A stretch of DNA of 64,000 bases from assembly GCA_903813345.2 (NCBI GenBank), contig CAIIXF020000001.1:49042001-49106000 (forward strand), in the 5' to 3' direction. The DNA comes from Owenia fusiformis (lineage: Eukaryota). The translations under genes and the position numbers were made by a program. The notes under the pieces were generated by a model. The model made no database searches. It saw only the letters and a list, made by a program, of their open reading frames with translations, and had not been told where the DNA came from. Positions 12,488 to 26,200 of this stretch are shown here, piece by piece; positions within the stretch are counted from its first letter, which is position 1, and every line of letters begins with the position of its first letter.

Positions 12488-14784
12488 CAATGTCAACCTA
12501 TAGGGAATACTAGTAGTAAAATGTACATATTTACTGTACAAAATATTGTAAATATTTAAGAAACACTGGATAACTGAAACCTGAAATATTGTGCGTACAG
12601 TCATACTTTTCATACATAATATTCATCAAGAACTCAAAACAGAATCTTGAAGTTAATGTTTTAAATCAGTCATGGTTCTTTGATTAAAGAATTATTGAGG
12701 GAGCATATTCTGCTTGCTGTTACAGCATGGTACAATGTACAGTTGTATTATATTATACGTTACACTCCTGATTTTTGAGCTTATTTGACAAACATTCTTG
12801 TAAGAAGGCTAAGATATTTGGTTTCACTATTTCGCTCTGTATCTGCTTACAAATTGTTTCAGGCAACACCAATTTGGTGACCCGAATTCAGCGTTTGGTA
12901 TTGATGTCATTGTCAAACCTTTATAATTGCAAACAGATGGTGCGGAGATTTTCTCATGTTAATGCCTTGTAAATTTTTTGGGCAGACTGATTTATGATTA
13001 TGTTAAGTATGACTTGTACTAGAATAACCTGTTATAGTTGTATATGTGTATAAAGAGAATTGAGATAGTCAAAAATACGCTTTTAAATATGTAAGGGACT
13101 TGGTCAAATATGAATGTGTCATTTCTAGATTTAAGCCTTTGTAAGTGACATATAATGTCAATGTTTGCCATTTAATGAACATGTGAGTGGTACGGGCCTT
13201 TCTAATTCAGGTTCACAAAAAAACATTGATATTTTGACCTGGGCCCCAAAAGTGTATAATATATGTGTATATTCGATTGGGAATTGAGATTAGATATGCA
13301 TTAATATCAGATGACACTGTTCAGCTGTTGGTGCCGATATAAACAATGTTGGAATCCATGTCTTCTGACACAGACCAGTGTGATATTTAAATATTGTAAG
13401 AGAGTAGTAATTGAGGCTCATACATACATATGTGAATTGTACATGGGAATCTGAGCCTTTGTTGATTTCGTTTGGATGGATATTTCAATAATGAAGATTT
13501 TATGATCTTGCAACCTCCAAGCATCATTCAGTTAAAATGAATTTACATTATTTATTTTGGTGCAAGGCTTTTGAGTAACCCTGATAGATATTCTTAAAAT
13601 AGGGGAAGTGATTTTGAGTCCATAGTGTGGGTGAGGGTTAAATACAGTATTATAACTGTAGTTTTAATTTAATTTCATCGACATTGATAACATGGATAAT
13701 GTTGTAGCCTACCATTTGTTCAAATGTCCAAACTATTCCATTGTACTGTTGTAAGGGGCTAATTCTGACTGTATTTTTCACTCCATATGTTGGGCTCCAT
13801 ATATCATTCACAATTTACTTTAGGTAAATTGATGTCGACAAAATTTTATCAAGATACACTCTACAGAATGTACTTTATTTAGGAAAATCATATATGTAGC
13901 TCTTCTGTTAATAAACATATGGTCTGTAAACGCAACACTTGAATACAAAACAGTGAAACTTCATGTTGAAAGGAACATTCTTATTTATGATTTGACAGAA
14001 TGTGTTATCAATATGATATTAATGCTTTTAAATTAATGTGCAAAATTCTATCAATCGTAATCCATTTTATAAAAAATATTGGATGATAATAAATATTCAA
14101 TATGTTTATAAAAAATGTGTTTTGTTTACTTTATCTATTGACACTCAATTTTTTACCATATGTAATAGGGGCTTGCTGTATAAATAGATAAATGGATATC
14201 CGTACATTTAGTAGTTTTGGTCAAAGATAAATGTATCTTCTTGGCTCCTTTTTCAATATTTATACAAGTCCATTTCCTCAGCATTAGGTTAAGGAAGATA
14301 TTATGTTTGTCAAATTGAAATAAGAAATTGTAAATCTTTTATTACCAGATTCAAGGGGTCATTTACCAGTTTACATGTAACAATGTATGGATGTACCACT
14401 TATTTTTTTGTGTGCCACTGCTGTAAAGTCAAGTCCAATATAAATAAAAAAAGAGAAGGCTTAATTATTATGTTATTGTTTGTAAGAATTCATTCATGAT
14501 GTTTATTTATTATTAAATTATCATTGTCACGATCTTCATATTGTGGTGGTCAGTCACAGCATGGTCTTTCAACAGGTTTAGTTCAAATTAACCCATGTCA
14601 TTCCTAGATTGCAGGTCTTTGCAGATTGCATACTCATGTTCCAGTTCCTTTCTATAGTCATCAACAAGCAATATGACAGACATATTTTTATAAAAAGATG
14701 GAATAGGCAGTGCAATCAATCTGTTCAAATATCTTCAATATGAACCACATTACTGCCATCTTTATATCGGCCCAAAACCTAATA

Positions 14785-15483
14785 TTTATCCCACCGAACA
14801 TAGTTCCTGAGGGATATGGAAAAGCTGCCTGTCTGTCTGTCCGGATGATAACTCAAATATGGGTTGATGGATTTGCTTAAAATGTAATAAGTTTATGCCT
14901 TATGGGTGTAGGACTTCTGCTCAAGAAGGAATATTCAATATGGCTCCTCAATTCAAAATGGCCACCATTTTTTGTTAAAAATATAATCTTTGATGACCAA
15001 AATTCTAGTTGACGGATTTGATTCAAATTTATATGCTGATGCCTAGGGACAAAGGAGCTTTGCGGTTTTTAACATGGCCACTAGATTTCAAAATGGCCAC
15101 CATTTTTTTGTAAAAGAATGTCATCTTTGATAACTCATACCAGTTGATGGATTTGGTTCAAATTTTATATGCTGATGCCTAGAGACAGGATTTCTGCTCA
15201 AGAAGACATTTTCAAAATGGCCATCAATTTTCTGAAAAAATGTAATATTTGATAACTCAAAAACTAGAATTTCAAAATGGCCACCATTTTAAAATATTTA
15301 AAAAATGTAATCTTTGATAACTCAAATACCAGTGGACGGATTCGGTTCAAATATGGTATGCCGATACCTAGGGACAAAGGAGATAAGTTAAAAGAAAATA
15401 AATTTTCAAGAGGCCACTATTTATCAAAACATGTTTTGTTTGGTGGGACTTGCTACTCTGTGGAGTTGCTGTTTTCTCTAGTT
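14785..15483 (+). mobile_element. Helentron/DINE-1-like non-autonomous element
   Basis: 5' hairpin (ATCCCACCGAAC...GTTC...GGGAT), a GTCTGTCTGTCC microsatellite, internal tandem repeats containing CAAAATGGCCACCATTTT, a 3' GGTGGGA copy plus hairpin, and T-rich insertion sites. Confidence 0.6.
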
Positions 15484-17285
15484 ATTGCCTGAAAAGAGAA
15501 ATAGAAAGGATGCTTACTGTGCTATTTGTACTACTGTCAAATTTCCAAAATGACAGAACACTCTAAAGTTGAAGAAACCTATTTGGCATTTATTCCATCA
15601 ATATTCATAGTGTAAATATTACATTTTCATAAAATCAAACCTTGACATAAAAGATGAGGAAAATGTCTATTCTTAATATTGTACTTTATGTATTGTACTT
15701 ATTCTTAGAGGTGTACAATGCATATGCACATCCATTAAATACAAAGATTAAATAGAAAAATGTTCACATTAGCATTTGGGTGAGATGGAAAGATCCCATC
15801 TGTTCCAGGACAATTTCATCTCAGACAATCCTGAATAGTGCAGGTGTTGGTCGTTGGATTATTTCCTCTACCAACAAGTGAGAGAGTCCTTCTCTCACTA
15901 CAAAATTACAATTGAGACTTCTGTTAAAGAATTTCCATATCCCAAAAAGTCACATGACTGAAACTGGCCAATCAGATATGGATTTGCAATGACTTGGCGA
16001 GAGTATGAAGTACAATCGGCAACGTATAACGTAAATATAATTATATATTATACCTCCACTAACAATTTGAACTCTGCTATAAATGTTCAATAATACAGTA
16101 ATAGAAATTAGGGATATTAAAAAAACATTATGTATAATTAACAGTTGTTTTACATATAGATGTAATTTGAATAATGTAAACAGCGATATGTACCAAATAT
16201 TCTTGGAATAAGATCTTTATTTTTTTGTTTACCATCTTCGAGAAAAGGACCATCAGGTATTTATTTAAAAATTGAATAATTATATGTTTAGAATTGATAA
16301 CAGCAAAATTAATAGCTCTTCAAAATTTTAGCCTGCACAAGCAAGTTATTTTGAAAGTATTCTCAATAAATGGGCCATGTAATAAGTCATGTAAGTGAGT
16401 CTTATTTCAAGAATATCTAGTATTTTGAATGATCATATCAATTAACAAAATATTGGCACCTGTATACAATCTTTGGAATATCATTTTGAACACATGAATC
16501 TAATACTGACAGTACACTGGCCAAATGTACTGAACATTTAAAAGCATGAGTGCATGTACTTATATCCGTACACATAAAGCCCAAGTACAGGATCAGGAAG
16601 GGGTTAGTACATGTATGAATGCTTTAAATCCAAAAAGAATGATATACGTGTAAGAGTTCTTTATTACAATTCAAATATACACTGTAACTGTCCCCCAAAG
16701 TAGCTATTACACAACATATAATGAATGTACAATTTAATCTCTGTGAAAAACATAAACTTGACTAATAGAGTTGTACATCAAGAGACAACCAGAAATCTGC
16801 AACTCCTCGGAGTAGCAAATCCCAACAAACACTATATTCATGAATCTGTAATGTCACAATGTAATATTTACCATCTACTCTATCCTATCTACTCTAAATT
16901 GCCTTTCATTTCAGTATAATGAAGCTATACTTCACAAAGATCTCAAAATTAACAAAAATCCCTGTTTTTTAGTAAATCTATTCACCTTTATACTGAAGCA
17001 AATCCGTCCACTAGTATTTGACTTATCTTCCGGATGGACGGACTGACTGATGGACAGATGGAGGGCTTCACTATATCCCTACTGAACTTCGTTATGAGCA
17101 ATATTACCCTTTGTTTTGTGCAACTGAGATTGATGTAATGATGTTTCTCTAAGTATTCTGCTACAGATTTACTGTAATTTCTATTTTAGTTCATCATGTG
17201 TCACTGACTGATTTAAATCCTTCCGTCGATTATTAGTTTTAATTCATGGGTTGTATTTTTTGTGTCACCCTGTATTATTCATTCA

Positions 17286-20200
17286 TTATGTCTCTGACGT
17301 GACCCTCAGAAGCTGCTTGTTAACAGGACCTGCATCCCCACCTGATCCTCCATATGGAGTTCTCACTGTGAAGTCAATATCTTCTGAATTAAGCAGTTTA
17401 CCATCATCCCCTGTGCTAGGCACCCTGGTATAGCTTGCGGCACTTCCTGTCTTGTGACCATTCTTTAACTGTAAGAGTGAATGTAACAACAATCAATAAG
17501 AAAATGAATTGTTACACAGGTAATAAATATTTTTTATCATGGTAACTTTTGAGGTGACTAGAATGCAAAATGGCACCATTAAGGTGGGCTCTCATGGTGA
17601 TTCCTTATACAAATTTTTATCAAAAGTTCAAGATTGGAAAACTAGGTCAAATTGCAAATGTAGGTCAATATACAAATATATCATGGATAAGTATGACCCA
17701 TATAGTTCAACTGAATAACTGAATATGATTTCAAATGAGCTATTATTCCTTAATGAAGGCACTAAAGCCTGTTGTGTGTTTTACTTCATTGATATAAGTT
17801 TTGAACTATTTCACAGTTTAAATCAAATAAATAATTAAAAATCCATTCACTTACATTTCCTAAAGGATGAGCTTCGTCATCTAAATCAAAGTTTTCTATA
17901 CTGAAGATTCTTGCTATTTCATCAAATGTTTTATTCTTAGTTTCTGGACAGAACTTGAAGATAAATATCCCGAATCCTACCAACATGCCTATGAATATCA
18001 GGAATGAGTAAGGCCCAATGCCTTTCTAAAACATACAAAAAAGAGAACATATAAACAATGGAATACACAAACAAGGGAGTGTTACAACAATGGAAAACAC
18101 AAACAAGGGAGTGTTACAACAATGGAATACACAAACAAGGGAGTGTTACAACAATGGAATACACAAACAAGGGAGTGTTACAACAATGGAATACACAAAC
18201 AAGGGAGCATTCCATAAAAGATCTAGAGTATCAAGCCGATTTACATTCATGAAGTATTCACAGAGTGGGCTAAAAAATGTCAATTCTTTTCATTTTGTTG
18301 CAACATTTTGGCAATGCATTTTCAATAATATTTCTGCAGGGGATGCTCCAATTAATTACACTTGATCCTATTAAGGCATAAGCATATCTCTAGCTTATTT
18401 GAATGAGAATTAAAGTACAATAGACAATATGGCTGTGAACGCAAACTTCCAGTTTCAAGTTAAATCTGTGATGTTTATGTTTACAATTTTACAGTGGTTT
18501 TAGGTATGCATATTGGAACCTGATGGATATCAAGTTTTATTAGGAACTTCAAAAACAATGGAGATCAATGCCTATTAAAATAACAGCATCTTGGAATAGA
18601 AAACTCAAGTTTACTTACTTCAATAAATGGATAACCAATGCCTACTGAAGTGTTAGCCAGCCAGTTGAGTAAACCAGCAAATGACATAGCTGCAGGTCGT
18701 GGGCCTTGACGGAACAATTCTGAGCCAATGAATTGAGGTATAGAACCTACAACATGGGATATAAGAACACATTTAAAAAAGTTAAGGATGTACATTCATG
18801 TAGGATTTAGGAATGTAACCAATATATGTATTTGCAGTGTTTATGATTTCCCAATGAGGTGTAAAATTTCCATTTTACCTATTCCGAACCAAATGTCCAA
18901 TTCAAATCGGAATACCAAATATATTTTGTCAATTAATTATTTTGTGAAATTGGCTTTATAACAGATTCTGCTCTGGTACATTTTTGAGTCTCACAGTTTT
19001 CTAAATAATCAAATTCATGCAACAAATACAAGGAATTTACATAAGATGAAATTGAATGCATGAAATTGAATGCATTCGGCCTTTTCCATGCGATTTTCTT
19101 TATAAGCTAGGCATCAATTAACAGAAAGAAAAAAAATTAACATAAAATCCTTACCTAAACCAATAGCGAAGCCAATTACAAAGGTATGCATACAGGCTAT
19201 AGAAACATAGGCCATTGCAGGCACAGAGTCCTGAAGTAACAGGGCAACAGTGATAAGGGAAGCAGAGACTGTCATCAAACCCATTCCCACCAGCAAGAGA
19301 GGACGTCGACCACAGCGCTCCATTAATGGTACCTAAAATAGATCAACAATAACTTTATTTATGACAATATTACGAGTCTCTATTGATTGAATTATTTCAA
19401 TTTTTTGATGAATAAGGGTCTAAACAATCCAATCCCCTAAAAGTATCTATACCCCTGGCCTTTATTAGACTCCAGATGTCAATCTGGAGTCTATTGTTTT
19501 TGCCAGTATTCTTATTCTTCTTATTCTTATTATTCTTTGGGAGTTTTTTCAATAACTATGAGGTATCCAGTAAGAACCATAATACAGTTGATTTAGGTTC
19601 AGTATCTAGTTGGTGGGAAATTGGGTCAAAATTTTATCTAGGTCAAAGGTCAAGAACTAGGTCAAATCCAGTACTTTGTCACTTTTTTTGATTTTCCCGG
19701 TCGTCCTTCAATATTTTTGATCCGTTTTTTTTCATTGTGTTCCTCATAAAAAAGTAGAAAATCTAGGGTCGATTTAGTTTTTTGGTATCTCAAACCGATT
19801 TCGAGATATCAGTGTCCGAAAACGAGGTCCAAAAAAAAGTTCTCCGAATCCAATGTCCAGGATATCAGTCTTATAGGAGATTTTCTCAGGATTCCGAATC
19901 TGAAAACCAAATTTCGATTTGACTTCCGGTTCAGAAGTTATGGCGTTTTGAAAATTCAAAAATCGCTAAATTTGGTGCCCCATGTTAATTCAATGGGAAA
20001 AAATATTTTTTTGAAGTGTAAAATACGAGATACAGACTAAGCACAGCTAAACATAATGGAAGCCCATAAAAGAAAGGGACCTCAAAACCTTCTTTTCATA
20101 AAAATTTGGACACCAAAATGCCTAGGTCAAAATCTAGGTCAAATTCAAAGTTTTTCCTTATTTTTGCGATTCTGACACTACAGATTAATTATATTCTTCA

Positions 20201-23200
20201 AAATTGTGTATACATGTAGCCAAGAGTGTGCTAAAAGCGTTAGCCTTTTGCCGTCAGAAAGTATTTTGCCCCACTTTTGAGATATGGTGTCCGAAAAGTA
20301 GGTCAAAATAAAAAATTCTCCAAATTTAACGTTTGAGTTATGAATTAGTATAGAATTTTCTCAGGAATCCGAATCTGCAAATCAAATTTCGATCCGACTT
20401 CCTCTTCGGAAGTTATGACATTTTGAAAGCTCAAAAATCGCTAAATTTGGTGCCCCATGTTATGTCAATGGGAAAAAAGATTTTTTTGAAGTGTAAAATT
20501 CGAGATATAGACTAAGTACAGCTTAAAATAATGAAAGCCTATGAAAGAAGGGGACCTCGAAGGCTACCTAACTTCAAAATTTGGACACCAAAATCCCCAG
20601 GTCAAAATCTAGGTCAAATTCATAGTTTTTCCTTATTTTTGCGATTCTGACACTATGTTTAAATGATTTGCTTCAAAATTTTGTATACAGGTAGGAAAAA
20701 GTGTGCTAATAGTGTTAGCCTTTTGCCGTCAGAAAGTATTTCTACCCACTTTTGAGATATGGTGTCCGAAAAGTAGGTTAAAATAAAAAATTCTCCAAAT
20801 TTAACATATGAGTTATGAATTAAGGGTAGAATTTTCTCAGGAATCCGAGTCTGCAAACCAAATTTCGATCCGACTTCCGATTCGAAAGTTATGGCGTTTT
20901 GAAATTTCGAGAAAAATCGATCTGATGGTATCCTGATAGAAAGTCAAGAGTAGAGAAGAAAATATTGAAAAATGCATCCATCCTTCCTTTGTGATCCTAT
21001 CGTATCCTTCTTATCTACCTTTCCTTCATATCCTCTCCTTCCTATTCTATTCCTTCTTCATATTCTATTCTATCATTCTTTCTTATTCTATCCTATCGTT
21101 CCTTCCTATTCTAGCCTATCCTTCCTTCCTTTTTCATCCATCCATCTTTTTCTGGATGACTCAGCTTATTTTGGATGACTCGGCTTTTTCTGGATGACTC
21201 GGCCAAAAAAAGTCTAGATCTGGAGTCTGAAATTGAACTTCGTTCAATTTTCAAAGTCTAGTTAACTTTACCCTGGAAAACTCATAAAGGAGCATGTAGG
21301 TTATCGCAAACAATTTCAAACGATTCTAACTTGAATTATGAATATTTTCTGATCATGAACATGGGTGTATCTTTTAGATCCATTCATTATCTTCAAGAAA
21401 ACTTTTAAAGTATATAGCCTATAATGATAATTTAGTTAATCAGACCTAAGTGATATTGAAGGGGCAATGGACCAATCAACATACTTTTTCAAAAATGTTG
21501 ACCTAATTTTCATCAAAAATGCAACCTTTTATTATATTGTTGAATGCATAATTAGAATGTGCTTTGAGACATGTTCAATTTCCTTAAAGGAAAAGTTGAT
21601 TGCTCCAGGGACTTTAAAGATACTGAATTTAGATTACCAAAATGAAGTGAAACCAATGGATAGCATGAGATTTTTCAATGGAGAAATAACATGGGGAACA
21701 CTTATCTTAAAGCAATTAAGTTTTTCTTTCAAGAACTATTTGATACATCAAAATAAAGAATAGTAATGCATTAAACATTGTAAAAAATGATTGCATTTTT
21801 GGTGAAAATGGGGTCAACACCTTTGAAAAAGTGTGTTGATAGGTTGATAGCTAGTTAAATATCTCAGAGTTTCTGAATTTCTTCATAAAAATAGGCTGGC
21901 TTTGTCCAAATAGGCAATTGCTTTCACAACCACTAACCCAATTGACCCAATCATATTATTTCATATTATACATTTTCCAATACATTTGCATTACATTGTA
22001 CATATAAGACATTAACATGCAAAATGTCACCACCTGCCATTTATAACAGATGCTGAACACCAACCTCCAAACACTGTCAACAAACAAGTTGGGGACTACA
22101 ACAATATGCAGGCTAAAACTAATTGACTAAAGGTTAATTGACCAAAGGTTAAGGTGACTTGGGTTGACCAGGAGTTGAGATGACTTGAATTGAGTTGACC
22201 AGTTAGAATGCATTCCCCGAGATGAAAGATGTCTATTGTTCTTACTGAGATGATGGTCATGAGAACATTGATACCTCCAGTCCCCAGAATGGCATACTGT
22301 ATCATATTCTCTGGAATTCCAGCACCAGCAAACACACCATTGGAATAGTAGAACACCTAGAATGTACAATACATAAGGGTTACATCATGGGAAGTCTGAA
22401 TATGTTATTCTGATGGATACTAAATATATATACCTTGCATTTTGAAAATACATGTACTGTGTACTTCACAGTCCATGTACAACATAGTGTATACAGAACA
22501 TTATATTAAAAATACTGAAATGCAAAATCAAATCCCCTAACTGTATTAACTGGTAGTATATACTCTGTACTATTATATGTTTAATATATTTTAAAGCAAA
22601 AAGCAATGGGTTTCTTAAGACAGGCACTTAAGTTCACCAAACAATGATCCAACATATAATATTCACACTTCTCAAATAACAATAGTATAAGATAAACCTT
22701 AGATTCCTTACCAGGTCTATGATATCAAGTGTTATATTTGTAAGTCAGATTAGTTATCACCCTAGTGCTTGAGAAATCAACTCCTGTCTGTCTATAGTAC
22801 ATATTAGTTAGCACATATACAGGGTGTCTCAAAATAAATTGTACTGAGACAAACATTGAATAACTCTGTGGGTGATGAAGGATTATTCTTTAAATTTTGT
22901 CATTTGACAGGCAATTTTTCTATCATAGAGATCTGAAAGTTCCATTAAGTAATTTTATTTAGTTTTAGAGAAATCCATTGTTTTAGTACCTTTACCCATT
23001 TTTCCAAGTATGGAATTGCATTCTGCTCTGATGACGATCATATAGAGCATGCCAACTCAAATGTTAAAGTTCTCCGTAAGTAATTTACAAATTGCTAAGA
23101 ATTTTTTACTGCTAATTGGAAAGCGAATTCTTAAGTTCAGTTATTCCTGTTTAATTTGGGTAAAGATTTTTTAGGACACTCTGTACATAATTGATCTAAT

Positions 23201-26200
23201 TTCTTTATAATATCAAGTGTATTCTTGATAAAGGATTACAAACTTATTAATTTCTCTATATATGGATAAAGCTTGAAAGAGAAACCCCCTAGATCTCCTT
23301 TTCACATTAAGGTAGTTCTGCATGACAAATTAATCTTATTTGGAGCCACATGATAAAACTATTTCATGCATTGTACATGAATTCACTCCTATGCAGATAT
23401 CAAAGAGAGCAGTAGTATCAAAGTAGATGTAGGGAATGAGTTATGATTACCTGGAAATACTGTAACATATGAGTCAAATTAGAGTGCCATTGAAATTATT
23501 TTTATGAAGCAAAACCTTAAAGGACCTGGAGAGTTGTCCCTGAATATTTTTCATGCCTATGAACATAAAGAAGTATTTACTCAATGGGCTACTTTTAAGT
23601 CTACCGAAAGAGAAAACATATTAGCATAATAAAGTACCTCTCTTCTCAGCTAGAGTGGAGGGTTCTTGGTTACTTTAAGCTTACCACATTGATCCCCGAG
23701 AGCTGCTGACCCAAGGCTAGGGAACACACAACAGCCAGGGGCATTCTTAGATGTTTGGCCTTGAACAATTTCATCATGCTCCAGTTCGGCTCTGCTAGCG
23801 CCTGCTTCTGCTCATTCTTCATCTCTAAGATATCTGCCCTCACATCATCGGTGCCTCGGAATCTTTGTAAGGCTAAAGACAATGGCTTAAGATTTTGTAC
23901 TAAGTTCTATGGATTTATTTCATGATTATTGTCCAAGAGTTAAAAAATGAAAACCTACATTTTTGGCCGCTTCCTCATTTTTGTCTGGGAAAAATTAATG
24001 CAAATAGTCATACGCTGGGAGGTAATTAAAATTACACAAATGGATAGAAGATTGCAATTCTAGTGGGTTTTTAAATAAGTGAGCTCTCAAAACGATGAAT
24101 TAAAAAATGATAACCTACATTTTTTGGCCGCTTCCTCGTTTTTCTTTATGAGGAGAAGGTAGCGAGGACTGTCTGGGAAGAATGGCAGCACGATACAAGA
24201 GAAGACACAAGGGGCTCCAGTCAATGCCAGCAGTATATGCCAACCTGCATCATTACCTGGAACAGGGAAAATTTTCAGAAAATATCAATGAGGTATATGA
24301 GAAGACCTTCTCTGATTTAGGGCAATGGAAGTGAATTCTATGTTTTGTATCAAATTTACACAAGGCATAAACACGCAGAATGTCACAACCTACCATTTGT
24401 TACAGACTTCAACCGTCGAATCCTGAACACAAAAAATTTGATTAATTTGAAAAATTACAAGAATAATTCATCTGGATTGTGTGACTAATTACAAGTACTA
24501 TGTCAACTTGACATTCAGTGCAACTTCAAGACAATTCAAACAATGATGAAATACACAAGTACAGTGATTCAGTACATGTACATATATTTCACTACCCTAC
24601 TATCACACCAAACTAGTTTTCACTACGTTCTCGAAAACGGGCTTCAACTGTGTACGAACTAACTGGATGTACTTAGAATGGTTTGGCATCTATTTACAAA
24701 CTTACTTGAACGTACTCGAACGGGTAGGTCCTCTAGAACTTAGAACATGCTCAAAATGTTCTCGTGGTCGATACGTTCTACAATTAAGTGACCCATGTAA
24801 AGCCAAAAGGAAAATATAAAATTGTACCTGCGTATAAAATCAGCAAAACCAAATGTACAAGATTGAAGCCTAAGAAGTTACCACATTGCCAGCCTTATCC
24901 AGAGTCATGCCAAATATGTACAGCTAAGGCAAAGAAAAGATAATTGGCTTGATTGCCTTGAATTCACCTGGCTATTGAACTGTACAATAAAATTGACTGG
25001 CTTGCTTCCAAAGCATTTAAAGGCTAAAGTTTTTAAACCATTAAAGGGTCATGTTATTAAAACATGGGTTACAATTAGAACAAGTGACAACGTACTAACG
25101 ACGAGCTGGACGTACTACGAACGGAACTGTCGTACCTCAATCCTACTAGGGACGTTTTAACAACGAGTTGAACTGTCTGAGGACGTATTGAGAACGAGGT
25201 AGAACTAATTGCAAATGGGTTTTAACTGATTAAGAACGTATTAAAGACTGCTTTTGAACGAGTTAGCAAAAATATAGCTATAACACCAAACAAGTTTCTA
25301 CTGCGTTCTTCAAAACTGGTTTTAGACTGTGTGCGAACAGAACGAATGTAGCTGCAACTTTCTAAGGTCTATTTACAAACTTCATGAACGTTCTCAGACG
25401 GGAAGGTGATTTTAGAATTTTGAATCGATTCAAAATTCGATGCCGACCACACCGTTCTGTAATCAGGTCATGATGACCTTCTAGACTAAGGGACGCGTTA
25501 TACGACGTTGCACACCGACTTGGCGCGACCTGAACGAACTGCGAATGAGATGGATGTATTGAAGACTGTTTATGAACGAAGTAGCTAATTATTTTAGACA
25601 TATTTCCCGACCACAGCCAGACTGAGCCCCTTTTACGACGTTTCCGTAGGACTGGCAAGAACGGGTAAGAACTAGTTTGGTGTGATAGGGGGGTTAGGAA
25701 CACATAGTCTTATCAGCTGATGTCTTATCAATTTCACAACAATTGACATTTATGTTAAATTTCAGTATCCTAGGGGCATGTTAACACACTGATGTACTTT
25801 TACACAAAGTAAAGAATTTCTGTTTGAGGATAAGGACTTTCCAAAACATCAACAATGATTCTATGTACTAAAAGTCTAATGATGAACACCAATGTAAATC
25901 ATTATAAAAATCATTTCAATATTTGAAAAAACAAGCACATTGAGGATTATATATCTGTAAGTATTGACTTAAACCTCACAAGTCACACTCATGTACTACA
26001 GGAATATAAAACTAAATATTTTAATCAAATCTAGCCTACTTACTTCAATAGATAAGGAGATAGAGTGCATATTCAATTTTTTAAAGGGTCACACACCTTA
26101 CTGAGAGGGCACCAATGAGAGTTTATCAGATGGTGATTAAACGCACAGGATTGAAAAGGTTACTGTGATTCTCATATTTTTCATGATCCAGGGACTCACA

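Noticed and set aside
18054..18208. 32-bp direct repeats resembling a CRISPR array
   Set aside because: The units are contiguous with no unique spacers, and they lie in an intron of a eukaryotic gene.
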